Shown: positions 46,056 through 56,149 of the stretch, one piece after another | Numbering within the stretch: the first letter of the stretch is position 1 | Layout: every line of letters begins with the position of its first letter | Origin: an uncultured Bacilli bacterium | GTDB taxonomy: Bacteria > Bacillota_I > Bacilli_A > RFN20 > CAG-826 | Assembly (NCBI GenBank): GCA_944358865.1 | Contig: CALVRV010000003.1 | Coordinates: forward strand, 18,843-82,842 | Length of the DNA: 64,000 nt | Reading direction: 5' to 3' | The notes under the pieces: model-generated | Seen by the model: only the letters and a program-made list of their open reading frames with translations | Told to the model about the DNA's origin: nothing | The model's database searches: none | Program-made: the position numbers and the translations under genes

Positions 46056-49000
46056 ATGGAAATTAAAAAGAACTTTCTCGCCGTTGATGGAAATACCGCT
46101 GCTGCATTAGAATCTTATAATTATGCTGAAGTAGCAGGTATTTATCCTATTACACCATCATCTCCAATGGCGGAATTAGTCGATGTTTATGCTTCCCAAG
46201 GTCGTTTAAATTTCTTTGGAAGCGTCGTCAAAGTTGTTGAAATGCAATCAGAAGGTGGTGCTTCTGGTGCAGTTCATGGTGCTTTACAAGGTGGTGCTTT
46301 AGCAACTACATATACAGCAAGCCAAGGCTTGTTATTAATGATTCCAAATATTTATAAATGGGTTGGCGAAGAACTTCCAGTTGTCGTTCATGTTTCTGCA
46401 CGTTCTTTAGCTACTAGAGCTTTATCAATTTTTGGTGATCATCAAGACATTTACGCAGTTAGACAAACTGGCGCAGTTATGATTTGTTCACATTCTGTTC
46501 AAGAAATTGCTGATTTAGCTAATGTTGCTCACTTGGTCGCTATTGATGGTGAAGTACCTGTTATTCATTTCTTTGATGGATTTAGAACTTCTCATGAAAT
46601 TCAAAATGTTGAATTTATTGATGATAATGAATGGAAGAAATTACTTCCAATGGATAAAGTAGAGAAATTTAGATCAAGAGCTTTAAATCCACACACTCAT
46701 CCTGTCACTCGTGGTGGTGCTGAAAATGATGATATTTATTTCCAAGGAAGAGAAGCACAAAATCAACATTATGAAAAAGCTGTTGATGTCGCATGCAAAT
46801 ATTTTGATGCTGCGAGCAAATTAACTGGTAGACACTACGCCCCATTTACTTATTATGGTAGTAAAAATGCTAAATATGTTATTGTTGCAATGGGTAGTGT
46901 TACTGAAACTATTTTAGAAGTTATTGATGAATTAAAAGATCCTAATTTAGGATTAATTAAAGTTCATTTATATCGTCCTTTCTCAATGAAACATTTCTTA
47001 GATGTTTTACCACATAGCGTTAAAAGAATTGCTGTTTTAGACCGCACTAAAGAAATTGGCGCTAGTGGAGAACCATTATATCTAGATGTTGTTTCTGTCT
47101 TAAATAGAGCAGGTTTAGGTAATATTGAAGTATTTGGTGGAAGATATGGTTTATCTAGCAAAGATACTCAACCAAAAGATATGAAAGCGGTTTTTGATTT
47201 TATTCAAAGTGAAAAACCATGGCATAATTTCACAGTTGGTATTAATGATGATGTTACTCATCTATCTATTCCTGTTGATGAACATTTCCATGTTAAAGCC
47301 GATTATACATCTTGCTTATTTTATGGTTTAGGTAGTGATGGCACTGTCAGTGCTAATAAATCTTCAATTAAAATTATTAGCGAAGCCACCCATCAATACG
47401 CTCAAGCTTATTTTGCATATGATTCAAGAAAAGCTGGTGGTGTTACCCGTAGCCATTTAAGATTTGGTAAATCACCAATTCATTCAACATATTATGTTAG
47501 CAACGCTGACTTTATTAGTTGTAGTTTAGATACTTATATCTTTAAATTCGATATGTTAAAGAATTTAAAAGAAGGTGGAACATTCTTATTAAATACTGAT
47601 ATGGATGATGAAACCTTAATTAAATCTATGCCAAATAGAATGAAATATTATCTTGCTAAAAAACATGCAAGAATGTTTGTTATTGATGCAAATAAAATTG
47701 CTAGTGAAATTGGTATGGGAAGACATACTAACACTACATTACAAGCAAGTTTCTTCTATTTAAATCAAAACATTATGCCTTACGAAAAAGCTCAAGATTT
47801 AATGAAAGTATATGCTAAAAAATCTTACGCTAAAAAAGGTGAAGATGTTGTCAATATGAACTATAAAGCTATTGATGCTGGTGCTGAAGGATTAAGAGAA
47901 ATCAAAGTTGATCCAGCATGGATAGAATTAAAACCTGTCATGGATAAAAAATTAACTGGTGATGAATATTTTGATTCTTATGTCTCTTTAATTGGTGACT
48001 TAGATGGTGATAATATCCCAGTTAGTAAATTTAAAGAATTTGAATTAGAAGATGGCACGATGGAAAACAATATTACATTTAAAGAAAAACGTAGTATTGC
48101 TGATAAAGTTCCATTATGGCACAAAGAAGATTGTATTCAATGTAATCAATGTGCATTTGTTTGCCCACACGCCACTATTAGACCTTTCTTATTAGATGAA
48201 AAAGAATTAGAAAACGCTCCTGAAATCGTTAAAAATGATGTTAGAGACGCAATCGGTGGTCCAAGTGTTAAAGGTCTTAAATTTAGAATTCAAGTTTCTA
48301 CACAAAACTGTGTCGGATGTGGTCTTTGTGTTATTGAATGTATGGGTAATAAAATACCTGGTAAGAAAGCTCTTGAACTTGTTGAAGCTAAATCTCAATT
48401 TGCTCAAGAAGAAGGCGCTGATTATTTATTCAAACACGTCACTTATAAATCTGATAAATTCCCATTAACAACCGCTAAAGGTGTTGGATTCTTAATGCCT
48501 TATATGGAAGTAAGTGGTGCTTGTGCTGGCTGTGGTGAAACCCCATATTATCGTTTAGTTAGCCAATTATTTGGTAAAGATATGCTCGTTGCTAATGCAA
48601 CTGGTTGTTCATCTATTTATTCTGGCTCCACTCCATTAACTCCATTCTGCACTGATAAAGATGGAAATGGTATTGCCTGGGCTAACTCTTTATTTGAAGA
48701 TAACGCTGAATTTGGTTATGGTATGAGAGTCGCTACCGATCATAAATTACATAAAATTGCTACTATTTTAGAAACAGCAAAATCATCTGATGATGTAAGC
48801 GACGAATTAAAACAAACCATTGATTCATATTTAGCAAATATTAAAAATAGAGATGTTGTTAGACCAATTGTTAAACAACTAGTAAAATTAGTCAAAGAAA
48901 GTAAAAATGAGGCTGTTAAAGAAGTCTTATTATACGAAAGAGATCTTATTGATAAATCTGTTTGGATTGTTGGTGGTGATGGATGGTCTTATGATATTGG

Positions 49001-49601
49001 TTATGGCGGCTTAGATCACGTTATCGCTAACGAAGAAGATGTTAATATCTTAGTGTTAGATACTGAAGTCTATTCTAATACTGGTGGACAATCTTCAAAA
49101 TCAAGTCAAACTGGTTCAATTGCTAAATTTACCGCCAGCGGTAAAACTACTGCTAAAAAGAATCTTGCCTTAATGGCTATGACTTATGGTCATGTTTATG
49201 TCGCCCAAATTTCTTTAGGCGCTAATCCAATCGCAGCCATTAAAGCATTAAAAGAAGCTGAATCTTATAATGGACCATCATTAATTATTTGTTATGCACC
49301 ATGTGCTAACCATGGTATTAAAGGTGGCCTTGCTAATTCAATGAAAGTTGAACGTGCAGCAGTGGAATGTGGTTATTTTACAACCTTTAGATATGATCCA
49401 CGTCTTGCTTTAGAAGGTAAATCTCCATTAACATTAGATTGTAAAGAACCTGACTTTACTAAATTTAATGACTTTGTTATGGGTGAAACTAGATTCTCTC
49501 AATTACCAAGAGTTAATCCTGCTCACGCTCAAGAACTTTTAGAAAAATCTCAAAAATACGCTCAAATGCGTTGGGAAAGAATCAAAAAGTTTGGTTTATA
49601 A
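46056..49601 (+). CDS. nifJ: pyruvate:ferredoxin (flavodoxin) oxidoreductase
   Basis: About 1180 aa. AVDGNTAAALESYNYAEVAGIYPITPSSPMAE, two ferredoxin motifs CIQCNQCAFVCPH and CVGCGLCVIEC, and the TPP domain GGDGWSYDIGYGGLDH. GGAGG precedes the ATG at 46056. Confidence 0.97.
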   Translation: MEIKKNFLAVDGNTAAALESYNYAEVAGIYPITPSSPMAELVDVYASQGRLNFFGSVVKVVEMQSEGGASGAVHGALQGGALATTYTASQGLLLMIPNIYKWVGEELPVVVHVSARSLATRALSIFGDHQDIYAVRQTGAVMICSHSVQEIADLANVAHLVAIDGEVPVIHFFDGFRTSHEIQNVEFIDDNEWKKLLPMDKVEKFRSRALNPHTHPVTRGGAENDDIYFQGREAQNQHYEKAVDVACKYFDAASKLTGRHYAPFTYYGSKNAKYVIVAMGSVTETILEVIDELKDPNLGLIKVHLYRPFSMKHFLDVLPHSVKRIAVLDRTKEIGASGEPLYLDVVSVLNRAGLGNIEVFGGRYGLSSKDTQPKDMKAVFDFIQSEKPWHNFTVGINDDVTHLSIPVDEHFHVKADYTSCLFYGLGSDGTVSANKSSIKIISEATHQYAQAYFAYDSRKAGGVTRSHLRFGKSPIHSTYYVSNADFISCSLDTYIFKFDMLKNLKEGGTFLLNTDMDDETLIKSMPNRMKYYLAKKHARMFVIDANKIASEIGMGRHTNTTLQASFFYLNQNIMPYEKAQDLMKVYAKKSYAKKGEDVVNMNYKAIDAGAEGLREIKVDPAWIELKPVMDKKLTGDEYFDSYVSLIGDLDGDNIPVSKFKEFELEDGTMENNITFKEKRSIADKVPLWHKEDCIQCNQCAFVCPHATIRPFLLDEKELENAPEIVKNDVRDAIGGPSVKGLKFRIQVSTQNCVGCGLCVIECMGNKIPGKKALELVEAKSQFAQEEGADYLFKHVTYKSDKFPLTTAKGVGFLMPYMEVSGACAGCGETPYYRLVSQLFGKDMLVANATGCSSIYSGSTPLTPFCTDKDGNGIAWANSLFEDNAEFGYGMRVATDHKLHKIATILETAKSSDDVSDELKQTIDSYLANIKNRDVVRPIVKQLVKLVKESKNEAVKEVLLYERDLIDKSVWIVGGDGWSYDIGYGGLDHVIANEEDVNILVLDTEVYSNTGGQSSKSSQTGSIAKFTASGKTTAKKNLALMAMTYGHVYVAQISLGANPIAAIKALKEAESYNGPSLIICYAPCANHGIKGGLANSMKVERAAVECGYFTTFRYDPRLALEGKSPLTLDCKEPDFTKFNDFVMGETRFSQLPRVNPAHAQELLEKSQKYAQMRWERIKKFGL

Positions 49602-49620
49602 TATTAACGATTATTAATTT

Positions 49621-49654
49621 ACAATACGGTGGCGTTAACCACCGTATTGTTTTT
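49621..49654 (+). terminator. rho-independent terminator after PFOR
   Basis: ACAATACGGTGG pairs with CCACCGTATTGT, followed by TTTT. The next gene's RBS starts only a few nt later, so there is no room for a separate promoter. That gene probably depends on read-through. Confidence 0.75.
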
Positions 49655-49665
49655 ATGGAGGTTAT

Positions 49666-50163
49666 ATGTCAAAACTTATTGTTTTAAGTGGTGTACCAGG
49701 TTCTGGGAAATCTTATTTTTCAAAATTATTAAAAAAGATTAAACAAAAACATGTATATATTATTTCTAGTGATGAATTAAGAAGTCTTGTTTTAAATAAT
49801 CAGCAAGATTTATCTATGGATGATTTGATCTGGCAACTTTTTTATGAACTTCCAAAAGTGTATAGCAAAGATAAAGAAAGTTATGTTATTTTAGATGCTT
49901 GTCATGCGACAAGAAAAATAAGATTTGAAAATATAAAACCACTGACAAACTTTTTTGATGAAGTATCTTTAGTTATGTTTAAATTAGATAAAGATGTTGT
50001 CTTTAATCAAAATATTGAAAGAGATTTTCCTGTTAGTAATAAAGTATTAGAAAATTTTTATAATTACTTTGAAGATATTGGTGAAGAAGATAAGAAATTA
50101 TATAAACATATTTATGTCATTAAAGATAATAATTCTTTAGCAACACTAATTGATAGAATTTAA
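49666..50163 (+). CDS. P-loop kinase-like ATP-binding protein (AAA_33-type)
   Basis: Walker A LSGVPGSGKSYF and a small size of 165 aa. The substrate is unknown. Confidence 0.5.
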   Translation: MSKLIVLSGVPGSGKSYFSKLLKKIKQKHVYIISSDELRSLVLNNQQDLSMDDLIWQLFYELPKVYSKDKESYVILDACHATRKIRFENIKPLTNFFDEVSLVMFKLDKDVVFNQNIERDFPVSNKVLENFYNYFEDIGEEDKKLYKHIYVIKDNNSLATLIDRI

Positions 50164-50484
50164 TAAAATAATTAACTTTTGCAATTATTAATTAAAGAAA
50201 TGCATAATTTTTAAATATTTTATAAATCTAATGAATTAGGATTAATTAAAAAATCTAATAAACTAATTCTTAAAAATCCTTCTGATGTGTAATAATATTT
50301 TCCTTCGTTTTTTACGATAATAATTTTTTAAAAGAATTAGGAATATTTCTTATTGATTGATATTCTTTTTCTTTTTTTAAATTATCATTTATTTCATACG
50401 CGACTTGAATATAATATCAATATTCTCGTCGAAAAATATTTCCAAACTGAACTTATTTTCGATTTTGATTAATATTTTTACATT

Positions 50485-50522
50485 AAAAAACCTTTTCTTG
50501 AGTATATATGTCAAAGAAAAGG
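50485..50522 (-). terminator. rho-independent terminator downstream of tRNA-Pro (minus strand)
   Basis: On the minus strand: CCTTTTCTTTG...CAAGAAAAGG followed by TTTTTT. Confidence 0.65.
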
Positions 50523-50535
50523 GAAGTCTTTAAAA

Positions 50536-50612
50536 TGGTCGGAACGATGAGATTCGAACTCATGACCCCTACCACCCCAAGGTAGTGCACTACCAAGCTG
50601 TGCTACGTCCCG
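50536..50612 (-). tRNA. tRNA-Pro (anticodon GGG)
   Basis: Hand-folded. Acceptor CGGGACG/CGTTCCG, with the C1-G72 pair typical of bacterial tRNA-Pro. Anticodon arm CTACC-TTGGGGT-GGTAG with G37. T arm ATGAG-TTCGAAT-CTCAT. CCA is encoded. Confidence 0.85.
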
Positions 50613-50706
50613 AGCAAAATTAATTATAGCAATTAATATTTTTGAGGCAAGTATTTAATGCCTTTTACTAGATTACTCTAGTAATTTATGCTAGAATTTC
50701 AAAAGT

Positions 50707-53559
50707 ATGAATGAAGTTAAGTATATAAAAGTTCGTGGTGCTAGAGAAAACAATTTAAAAAACGTTAATGTTGATATTCCTAAAGACTCTTTAGTGGTGT
50801 TTTCTGGATTATCTGGAAGTGGGAAAACTACTTTAGCTTTTGATACTATTTTTGCTGAAGGACAAAGAAGATATGTTGAATCTTTATCTAGTTATGCCCG
50901 TCAATTTTTAGGCAACTTAGAAAAACCTGATGTTGATTCTATTGAAGGATTATCACCTTCAATCGCTATTGATCAGAAAGGAAGCAGTCATAATCCAAGA
51001 AGTACAGTAGGGACAGTGACCGAAATATATGATTATTTAAGATTACTTTTTGCAAGAATTGGTGTTCCATATTGTCCTATTCATAATGAACCAATTATTT
51101 CTTTTGCGCCTGCTAAAATGGTGGATATTATTTTAAATTATCCTTTAGGAAGTAAAATACAAATCTTGTCTCCAATTGTAAGGCAAGAAAAAGGGACGCA
51201 TAAAGAAACTATTGCTATGTTAAAACAAAATGGTTTTCAAAGATTACGTGTTGATGGACAATTTTGTTTGATTGAAGAAATAAATGAATTAGAAAAAAAC
51301 AAAAAACATAATATTGATATTGTTATAGATCGTATTGTTAATAAAGAAGATTCTGATTTAAGGTCAAGAGTGTTTGATGCAGTTGAACTAGCCCTAGATT
51401 ATTCGCATGGATATTTGACTATATATAGTGATGAAAAAGAACAATTATTAAGTCAACATCATACATGTAAATATTGTGGTTTTTCTATACCTAAATTAGA
51501 ACCTAGATTATTTTCTTTTAATTCACCAAGTGGTTGTTGCCCTGATTGTAAAGGATTAGGTATTAAAAGAGAGGCAGATGAATCTTTATTAATTCCTCAT
51601 CCTGAATTATCAATAAAAGAGGGCTGTATTGAATATTATAAATGGACTGTCGGCACTAAAAATCTTGAATGGCAAGAATTTGAACTTCTTTGTAATCTTT
51701 ATAATATACCTTTAGATAAACCATATGATGAAATGACTCCTAGACAAAAAGATATTATTTTATACGGAAGCAAAGAGCCAATAAAATACACTCTTAAATC
51801 TTCATCAGGTAATACAAATAATCGTTTCCAATATATTGAGGGAGTCAAAACTAAAGTTGAACGTCTATATAATGAAACAACAAGTGAATTTATGCGTGAA
51901 TATTATGAAAAATTTATGCGCGATAGAATTTGCACAACTTGTCATGGAGCAAGATTAAATAAAGAAGCATTATGCGTTAAAATTGATAATAAAAATATTT
52001 ATGATGTTTGTTTATTATCTATTCGTCAACTCCATGATTGGATAATTTCTTTAAATGATAAATTAGATGAAGATAAAAAAACAATTGCAAATCTTGTCAT
52101 TAGAGAAGTTGAATCAAGAACAGATTTTTTATGTGAAGTTGGATTAGATTATTTAAATCTAGCGCGTATGTCAATGACTTTGTCTGGTGGTGAATCCCAA
52201 CGTATTCGACTAGCAACACAAATTGGTTCTAAATTAAGTGGTGTCTTATATGTTTTAGATGAACCTTCTATTGGATTACATCAAAAAGATGATATTAAAT
52301 TAATTAACGCTTTAAAAAAGATGCGTGATTTAGGTAATACTTTAATTGTTGTCGAACACGATGAAGAAACAATAAAAAACGCTGATTATATTGTTGATGT
52401 TGGTCCAAAAGCCGGCACTCATGGTGGTGAAATTGTCGCATGTGGGACGCTTAATGACATTATAAATAATAAAAATTCAATTACTGGCCAATATTTAAGT
52501 GGTGAAAAATATATTCCGATTCCTTTAAAAAGAAGAAAAGGTAATGGAAAATTTTTATCAATTAAAGGGGCTAGATGTAATAATTTAAAAAATATAAATG
52601 TCGATATTCCTTTAGGTATGTTTGTTACAGTGACAGGAGTGTCAGGATCTGGTAAATCTTCTCTTGTCAATCAAACTTTGTACTTATATTTAAAAGAAAT
52701 ATTAAGTGGAACAAAACAATTAGATGTAGGATTAGTTAAATCTATATCAGGAGTTAAATTTATTGATAAAGTTATTAATGTAAGTCAAGAGCCAATTGGT
52801 AGAACACCAAGAAGTAATCCTGCGACATATACAAAAGTGTTTGATGATATACGTGAAGTTTTTGCAAATACTTCACTTGCTAAAGCTAAAGGTTACGATA
52901 AAGGAAGATTTTCATTTAATGTTGTCGGTGGTAGATGTGAACATTGTCAAGGTGCAGGTGTGACACGTATTCCTATGAATTTTTTACCTGATGTCTATGT
53001 TAAATGTAGTGAATGTGATGGTAAAAGATATAATGATGAAACTTTACAAATAACTTATAAGGGTAAAAATATATATGAAGTTTTAGAAATGACTATTGAA
53101 GATGCCTTAGATTTTTTTAAAAACACTCCTTCAATTAAAAAACGTTTACAAACTTTATATGATGTCGGTTTAGGATATATGAAACTTGGTCAAAGTGCGA
53201 CCACTATGAGTGGTGGTGAAGCTCAAAGAGTTAAATTAGCTTATGAACTACAAAAACGTCCAACTGGTAAAACTCTTTATATTTTAGATGAACCCACTAC
53301 CGGTCTTCATAGCGATGATGTTGCAAGACTTATTAAAGTATTAAATAGTATTGTTGATCATGGAGATACCGTATTAGTAATTGAACATAATTTAGATATA
53401 ATCAAAGTAAGTGACTACATCATTGATTTAGGTCCTGATGGCGGTGATAATGGTGGAGAAGTTATTGCAAAAGGGACTCCAGAAGAAGTAAGTGAAAATA
53501 AAAAATCCTATACAGGTCAATTTTTAAAAGATATATTAATAAATGGAAAATATAAATAA
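50707..53559 (+). CDS. uvrA: excinuclease ABC subunit A
   Basis: 950 aa. IKVRGARENNLKNVNVDIP, two Walker A motifs (GLSGSGKTT and GVSGSGKSS), zinc-finger CxxC pairs and two LSGGE signatures. Confidence 0.98.
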   Translation: MNEVKYIKVRGARENNLKNVNVDIPKDSLVVFSGLSGSGKTTLAFDTIFAEGQRRYVESLSSYARQFLGNLEKPDVDSIEGLSPSIAIDQKGSSHNPRSTVGTVTEIYDYLRLLFARIGVPYCPIHNEPIISFAPAKMVDIILNYPLGSKIQILSPIVRQEKGTHKETIAMLKQNGFQRLRVDGQFCLIEEINELEKNKKHNIDIVIDRIVNKEDSDLRSRVFDAVELALDYSHGYLTIYSDEKEQLLSQHHTCKYCGFSIPKLEPRLFSFNSPSGCCPDCKGLGIKREADESLLIPHPELSIKEGCIEYYKWTVGTKNLEWQEFELLCNLYNIPLDKPYDEMTPRQKDIILYGSKEPIKYTLKSSSGNTNNRFQYIEGVKTKVERLYNETTSEFMREYYEKFMRDRICTTCHGARLNKEALCVKIDNKNIYDVCLLSIRQLHDWIISLNDKLDEDKKTIANLVIREVESRTDFLCEVGLDYLNLARMSMTLSGGESQRIRLATQIGSKLSGVLYVLDEPSIGLHQKDDIKLINALKKMRDLGNTLIVVEHDEETIKNADYIVDVGPKAGTHGGEIVACGTLNDIINNKNSITGQYLSGEKYIPIPLKRRKGNGKFLSIKGARCNNLKNINVDIPLGMFVTVTGVSGSGKSSLVNQTLYLYLKEILSGTKQLDVGLVKSISGVKFIDKVINVSQEPIGRTPRSNPATYTKVFDDIREVFANTSLAKAKGYDKGRFSFNVVGGRCEHCQGAGVTRIPMNFLPDVYVKCSECDGKRYNDETLQITYKGKNIYEVLEMTIEDALDFFKNTPSIKKRLQTLYDVGLGYMKLGQSATTMSGGEAQRVKLAYELQKRPTGKTLYILDEPTTGLHSDDVARLIKVLNSIVDHGDTVLVIEHNLDIIKVSDYIIDLGPDGGDNGGEVIAKGTPEEVSENKKSYTGQFLKDILINGKYK

Positions 53560-53570
53560 AAGGAGTCATT

Positions 53571-55142
53571 ATGGTTATTGGAATTGTATTAATGGTTGTG
53601 TTTGCCTTAGCCCTAGTTATAAGCGTAACACTTTTGTCTTTAAGAATTAGAAAACTAGCGATTAGCAAAGTTTTAGAAGCATATAATTTTAAAAAAGAAC
53701 TAACTTTTGCACTAAGTTGTATTGGAATTGCAGGTATTTCATTTATGCTATTCTTTGTTGGAGTAGTTATATATAATGCCTGGATTATGACTGGATTTGA
53801 ATGGTTTGCTATTATATTTGGCGGATTTTTTACTCCTGTTTTTATTATTACTTTATTTTGTATTTTTAGATTACATTATTGGCAAAAATTATTACCTAAA
53901 AAATTAGATACAATTTTATATTGGATAATGATATCTTGCATACCATTAATTGTCTTATTTATTTGGTTATTTTCTGAAGGAATGGCAATGCATTTAATTT
54001 ATCCATTACCTAACGGTTTAAGATTTGATCCTTTTGGTCTTGTCAGCATTCAAACAGGCCATCCAAATATTGCTTGGTACGCTTTATGTATTTTAAGTGG
54101 CGCGATATATGTTTATTTTATTTGCGATCATTTTATGTTTCAAAAATATGGTAAGCATGGTCTTGTTGAATCTACTTTCTTTATTGCTTTTCCTGCTGGA
54201 ATTATTGGCGCTAGAATTGCTTATGTTATTGGGAACTGGAATGTTGAATTTGCAGGAAGAGAATGGTGGAAGCCTTTTGCTATTTGGGAAGGTGGATTAA
54301 CTATTTTAGGTGGTGCGATAGTGGGCATTATTGTTGGATGTTTATGGTTTAAGTGGAGACATAAAGATTTATCTTTAGGCGAATCTATTAATATAATTGT
54401 TCCAACAATATTAATTGCTCAAGCTGTTGGTCGCTGGGGTAATTTCTTTAATTGTGAAGTCCATGGTTTTCAAGCTAGTGAACAATATTTTATGTGGTTA
54501 CCAACATTTATAAGAGAACAAGCTAAATATTCATCTGAATCTGGTATGGCAGATCCTGGTAATATTTTTGTTCCTTTATTTTTAATTGAGGGCATTGTTA
54601 ATATCTTAGGATATTATGTTTTAGCTTTTGTTTTTGGACGAGGATTAAAAAAATATGTTAAACCATATGATTTAGCATTTGGCTATGTGACTTGGTATGG
54701 TTTAACTCGTACCTTTATGGAACCATTAAGAGACCCTGCTTATAATATGGGAAGTGATGGTGGATGGTCTTGGTATTGGTCAATTGTTTTTATTGGAGTT
54801 GGTTTATTAGCGATTATTGTCAATCATATCATTTGGCATTTTGTTAATGAAAAGAAAGAAAAAAATATTGTTATTACTAGTGAAAACAAAAAAGACTATC
54901 TAAAAAAATCTTATCTTGCTTTAGCAATTACTAGTGTCGTCTCTTTAGCGTTTTTTATCAGCGGAATGTGTTTGTTTTTTATCTATGATATGCCAAGTGA
55001 TATCGAATCAGTTATTGCTCTAGTGCCACATAATTTTGGTGTGATATTCTTAGTTATTGGCTCTTTTACACTTCCAAGTATTGCCTTACCAATCATATGT
55101 TTAATAAAAGGATATAAAATAAAAGAAACAAATAATGCTTGA
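53571..55142 (+). CDS. lgt: prolipoprotein diacylglyceryl transferase with N- and C-terminal membrane extensions
   Basis: Core motifs AWYALCILSG, GARIAYVIGNW, WEGGLTILGG and GRWGNFFNCEVHG. The length is 523 aa against the roughly 270-290 aa I recall for typical Lgt. It ends in a TGA stop. Confidence 0.85.
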   Translation: MVIGIVLMVVFALALVISVTLLSLRIRKLAISKVLEAYNFKKELTFALSCIGIAGISFMLFFVGVVIYNAWIMTGFEWFAIIFGGFFTPVFIITLFCIFRLHYWQKLLPKKLDTILYWIMISCIPLIVLFIWLFSEGMAMHLIYPLPNGLRFDPFGLVSIQTGHPNIAWYALCILSGAIYVYFICDHFMFQKYGKHGLVESTFFIAFPAGIIGARIAYVIGNWNVEFAGREWWKPFAIWEGGLTILGGAIVGIIVGCLWFKWRHKDLSLGESINIIVPTILIAQAVGRWGNFFNCEVHGFQASEQYFMWLPTFIREQAKYSSESGMADPGNIFVPLFLIEGIVNILGYYVLAFVFGRGLKKYVKPYDLAFGYVTWYGLTRTFMEPLRDPAYNMGSDGGWSWYWSIVFIGVGLLAIIVNHIIWHFVNEKKEKNIVITSENKKDYLKKSYLALAITSVVSLAFFISGMCLFFIYDMPSDIESVIALVPHNFGVIFLVIGSFTLPSIALPIICLIKGYKIKETNNA

Positions 55143-55175
55143 CCTAGAGTTAACAATATAGTTTTAAATTAAGAT

Positions 55176-56102
55176 ATGGAAAAAGAAATTATTAATAAAC
55201 AAGTTGCAGTTATAGGTGCAGGTCCTGGTGGGATTACATGTGCGGTAGATTTAAAAAAAGAAAATATTGATTTTGTTTTAATCGATGGAGGCACTCCTGG
55301 GGGAAAAGTTAATATTTGTCCAAGAATTGATAATTACCCACGTCATCCAAAAATACCTGGACCAGATTTAGCAATGGTATTTTTTCAAAAACTATTAGAC
55401 AATAATATTTCTATATTTGGTGAATATGTTATTTCACTAACTAAAAAAGATAATAAATTTTATGTTGAATGTGATTCAACAATATTTATTTGTGATGTAG
55501 TTGTTATAGCTTCTGGGACGCAAGAAAAGAAATTAGGTTTAGATAATGAAGATAAATTGTTCGCCCATGGTTTATCTTATTGCGCTTTATGTGATGGCCA
55601 TTTCTTTAAAGGACAAGATGTAGCAATTATCGGTGGAGGTAACGCTGCACTTAAAGAAGCAATTTATTTAAGTGATTTAGTAAAAAAACTTTATGTCGTG
55701 CATAGAAGAAATCAATTTAGAGGAATGAATAATCTTGTTGAAGAATTAAAAAATAAAGATAATGTTGAACTTGTTACACCCTATGTTCCAATTAAAATAT
55801 TAGGCGATGATCATGTTGAAGGATTAGTTATTCAAAATAGAGAAACAAATAAAGAAAAAACATTAAATATTCAAGGATTATTCCCACTTATTGGGCAAAA
55901 TCCTAATACGACATTTATTCATATTGATGGTGTATTAGATGATTATAAGAATATCCCTGTTGATAAAAATATGATGTCTACTTCTTGTAAAGGTTTATTT
56001 GCTTGTGGAGATGTCTTACCAAGAGTAATTAAACAAATATATTTAAGTGAATTTGATGGGCACCAAGTTGTTAAAGGTATTAATAATTATTTAAAAAAAT
56101 AA
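55176..56102 (+). CDS. trxB: thioredoxin-disulfide reductase
   Basis: VIGAGPGG, redox-active CALCDG, GGGNAALKEA and FACGDV. Confidence 0.85.
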   Translation: MEKEIINKQVAVIGAGPGGITCAVDLKKENIDFVLIDGGTPGGKVNICPRIDNYPRHPKIPGPDLAMVFFQKLLDNNISIFGEYVISLTKKDNKFYVECDSTIFICDVVVIASGTQEKKLGLDNEDKLFAHGLSYCALCDGHFFKGQDVAIIGGGNAALKEAIYLSDLVKKLYVVHRRNQFRGMNNLVEELKNKDNVELVTPYVPIKILGDDHVEGLVIQNRETNKEKTLNIQGLFPLIGQNPNTTFIHIDGVLDDYKNIPVDKNMMSTSCKGLFACGDVLPRVIKQIYLSEFDGHQVVKGINNYLKK

Positions 56103-56149
56103 ATCCCTTTCTTATTTAATTAATAGTTTTGCAATATTATAATATCTTT

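Noticed and set aside
50665-50684. The palindrome upstream of uvrA as an SOS (LexA/DinR) box.
   Set aside because: The sequence TTACTAGA/TCTAGTAA does not resemble CGAAC-N4-GTTCG.
55140-55142. Possible use of genetic code 4 (TGA = Trp), as in Mycoplasma and Spiroplasma.
   Set aside because: lgt terminates on TGA at the expected length. All conserved proteins translate full-length with TGG for Trp and no internal TGA, so the standard code applies.
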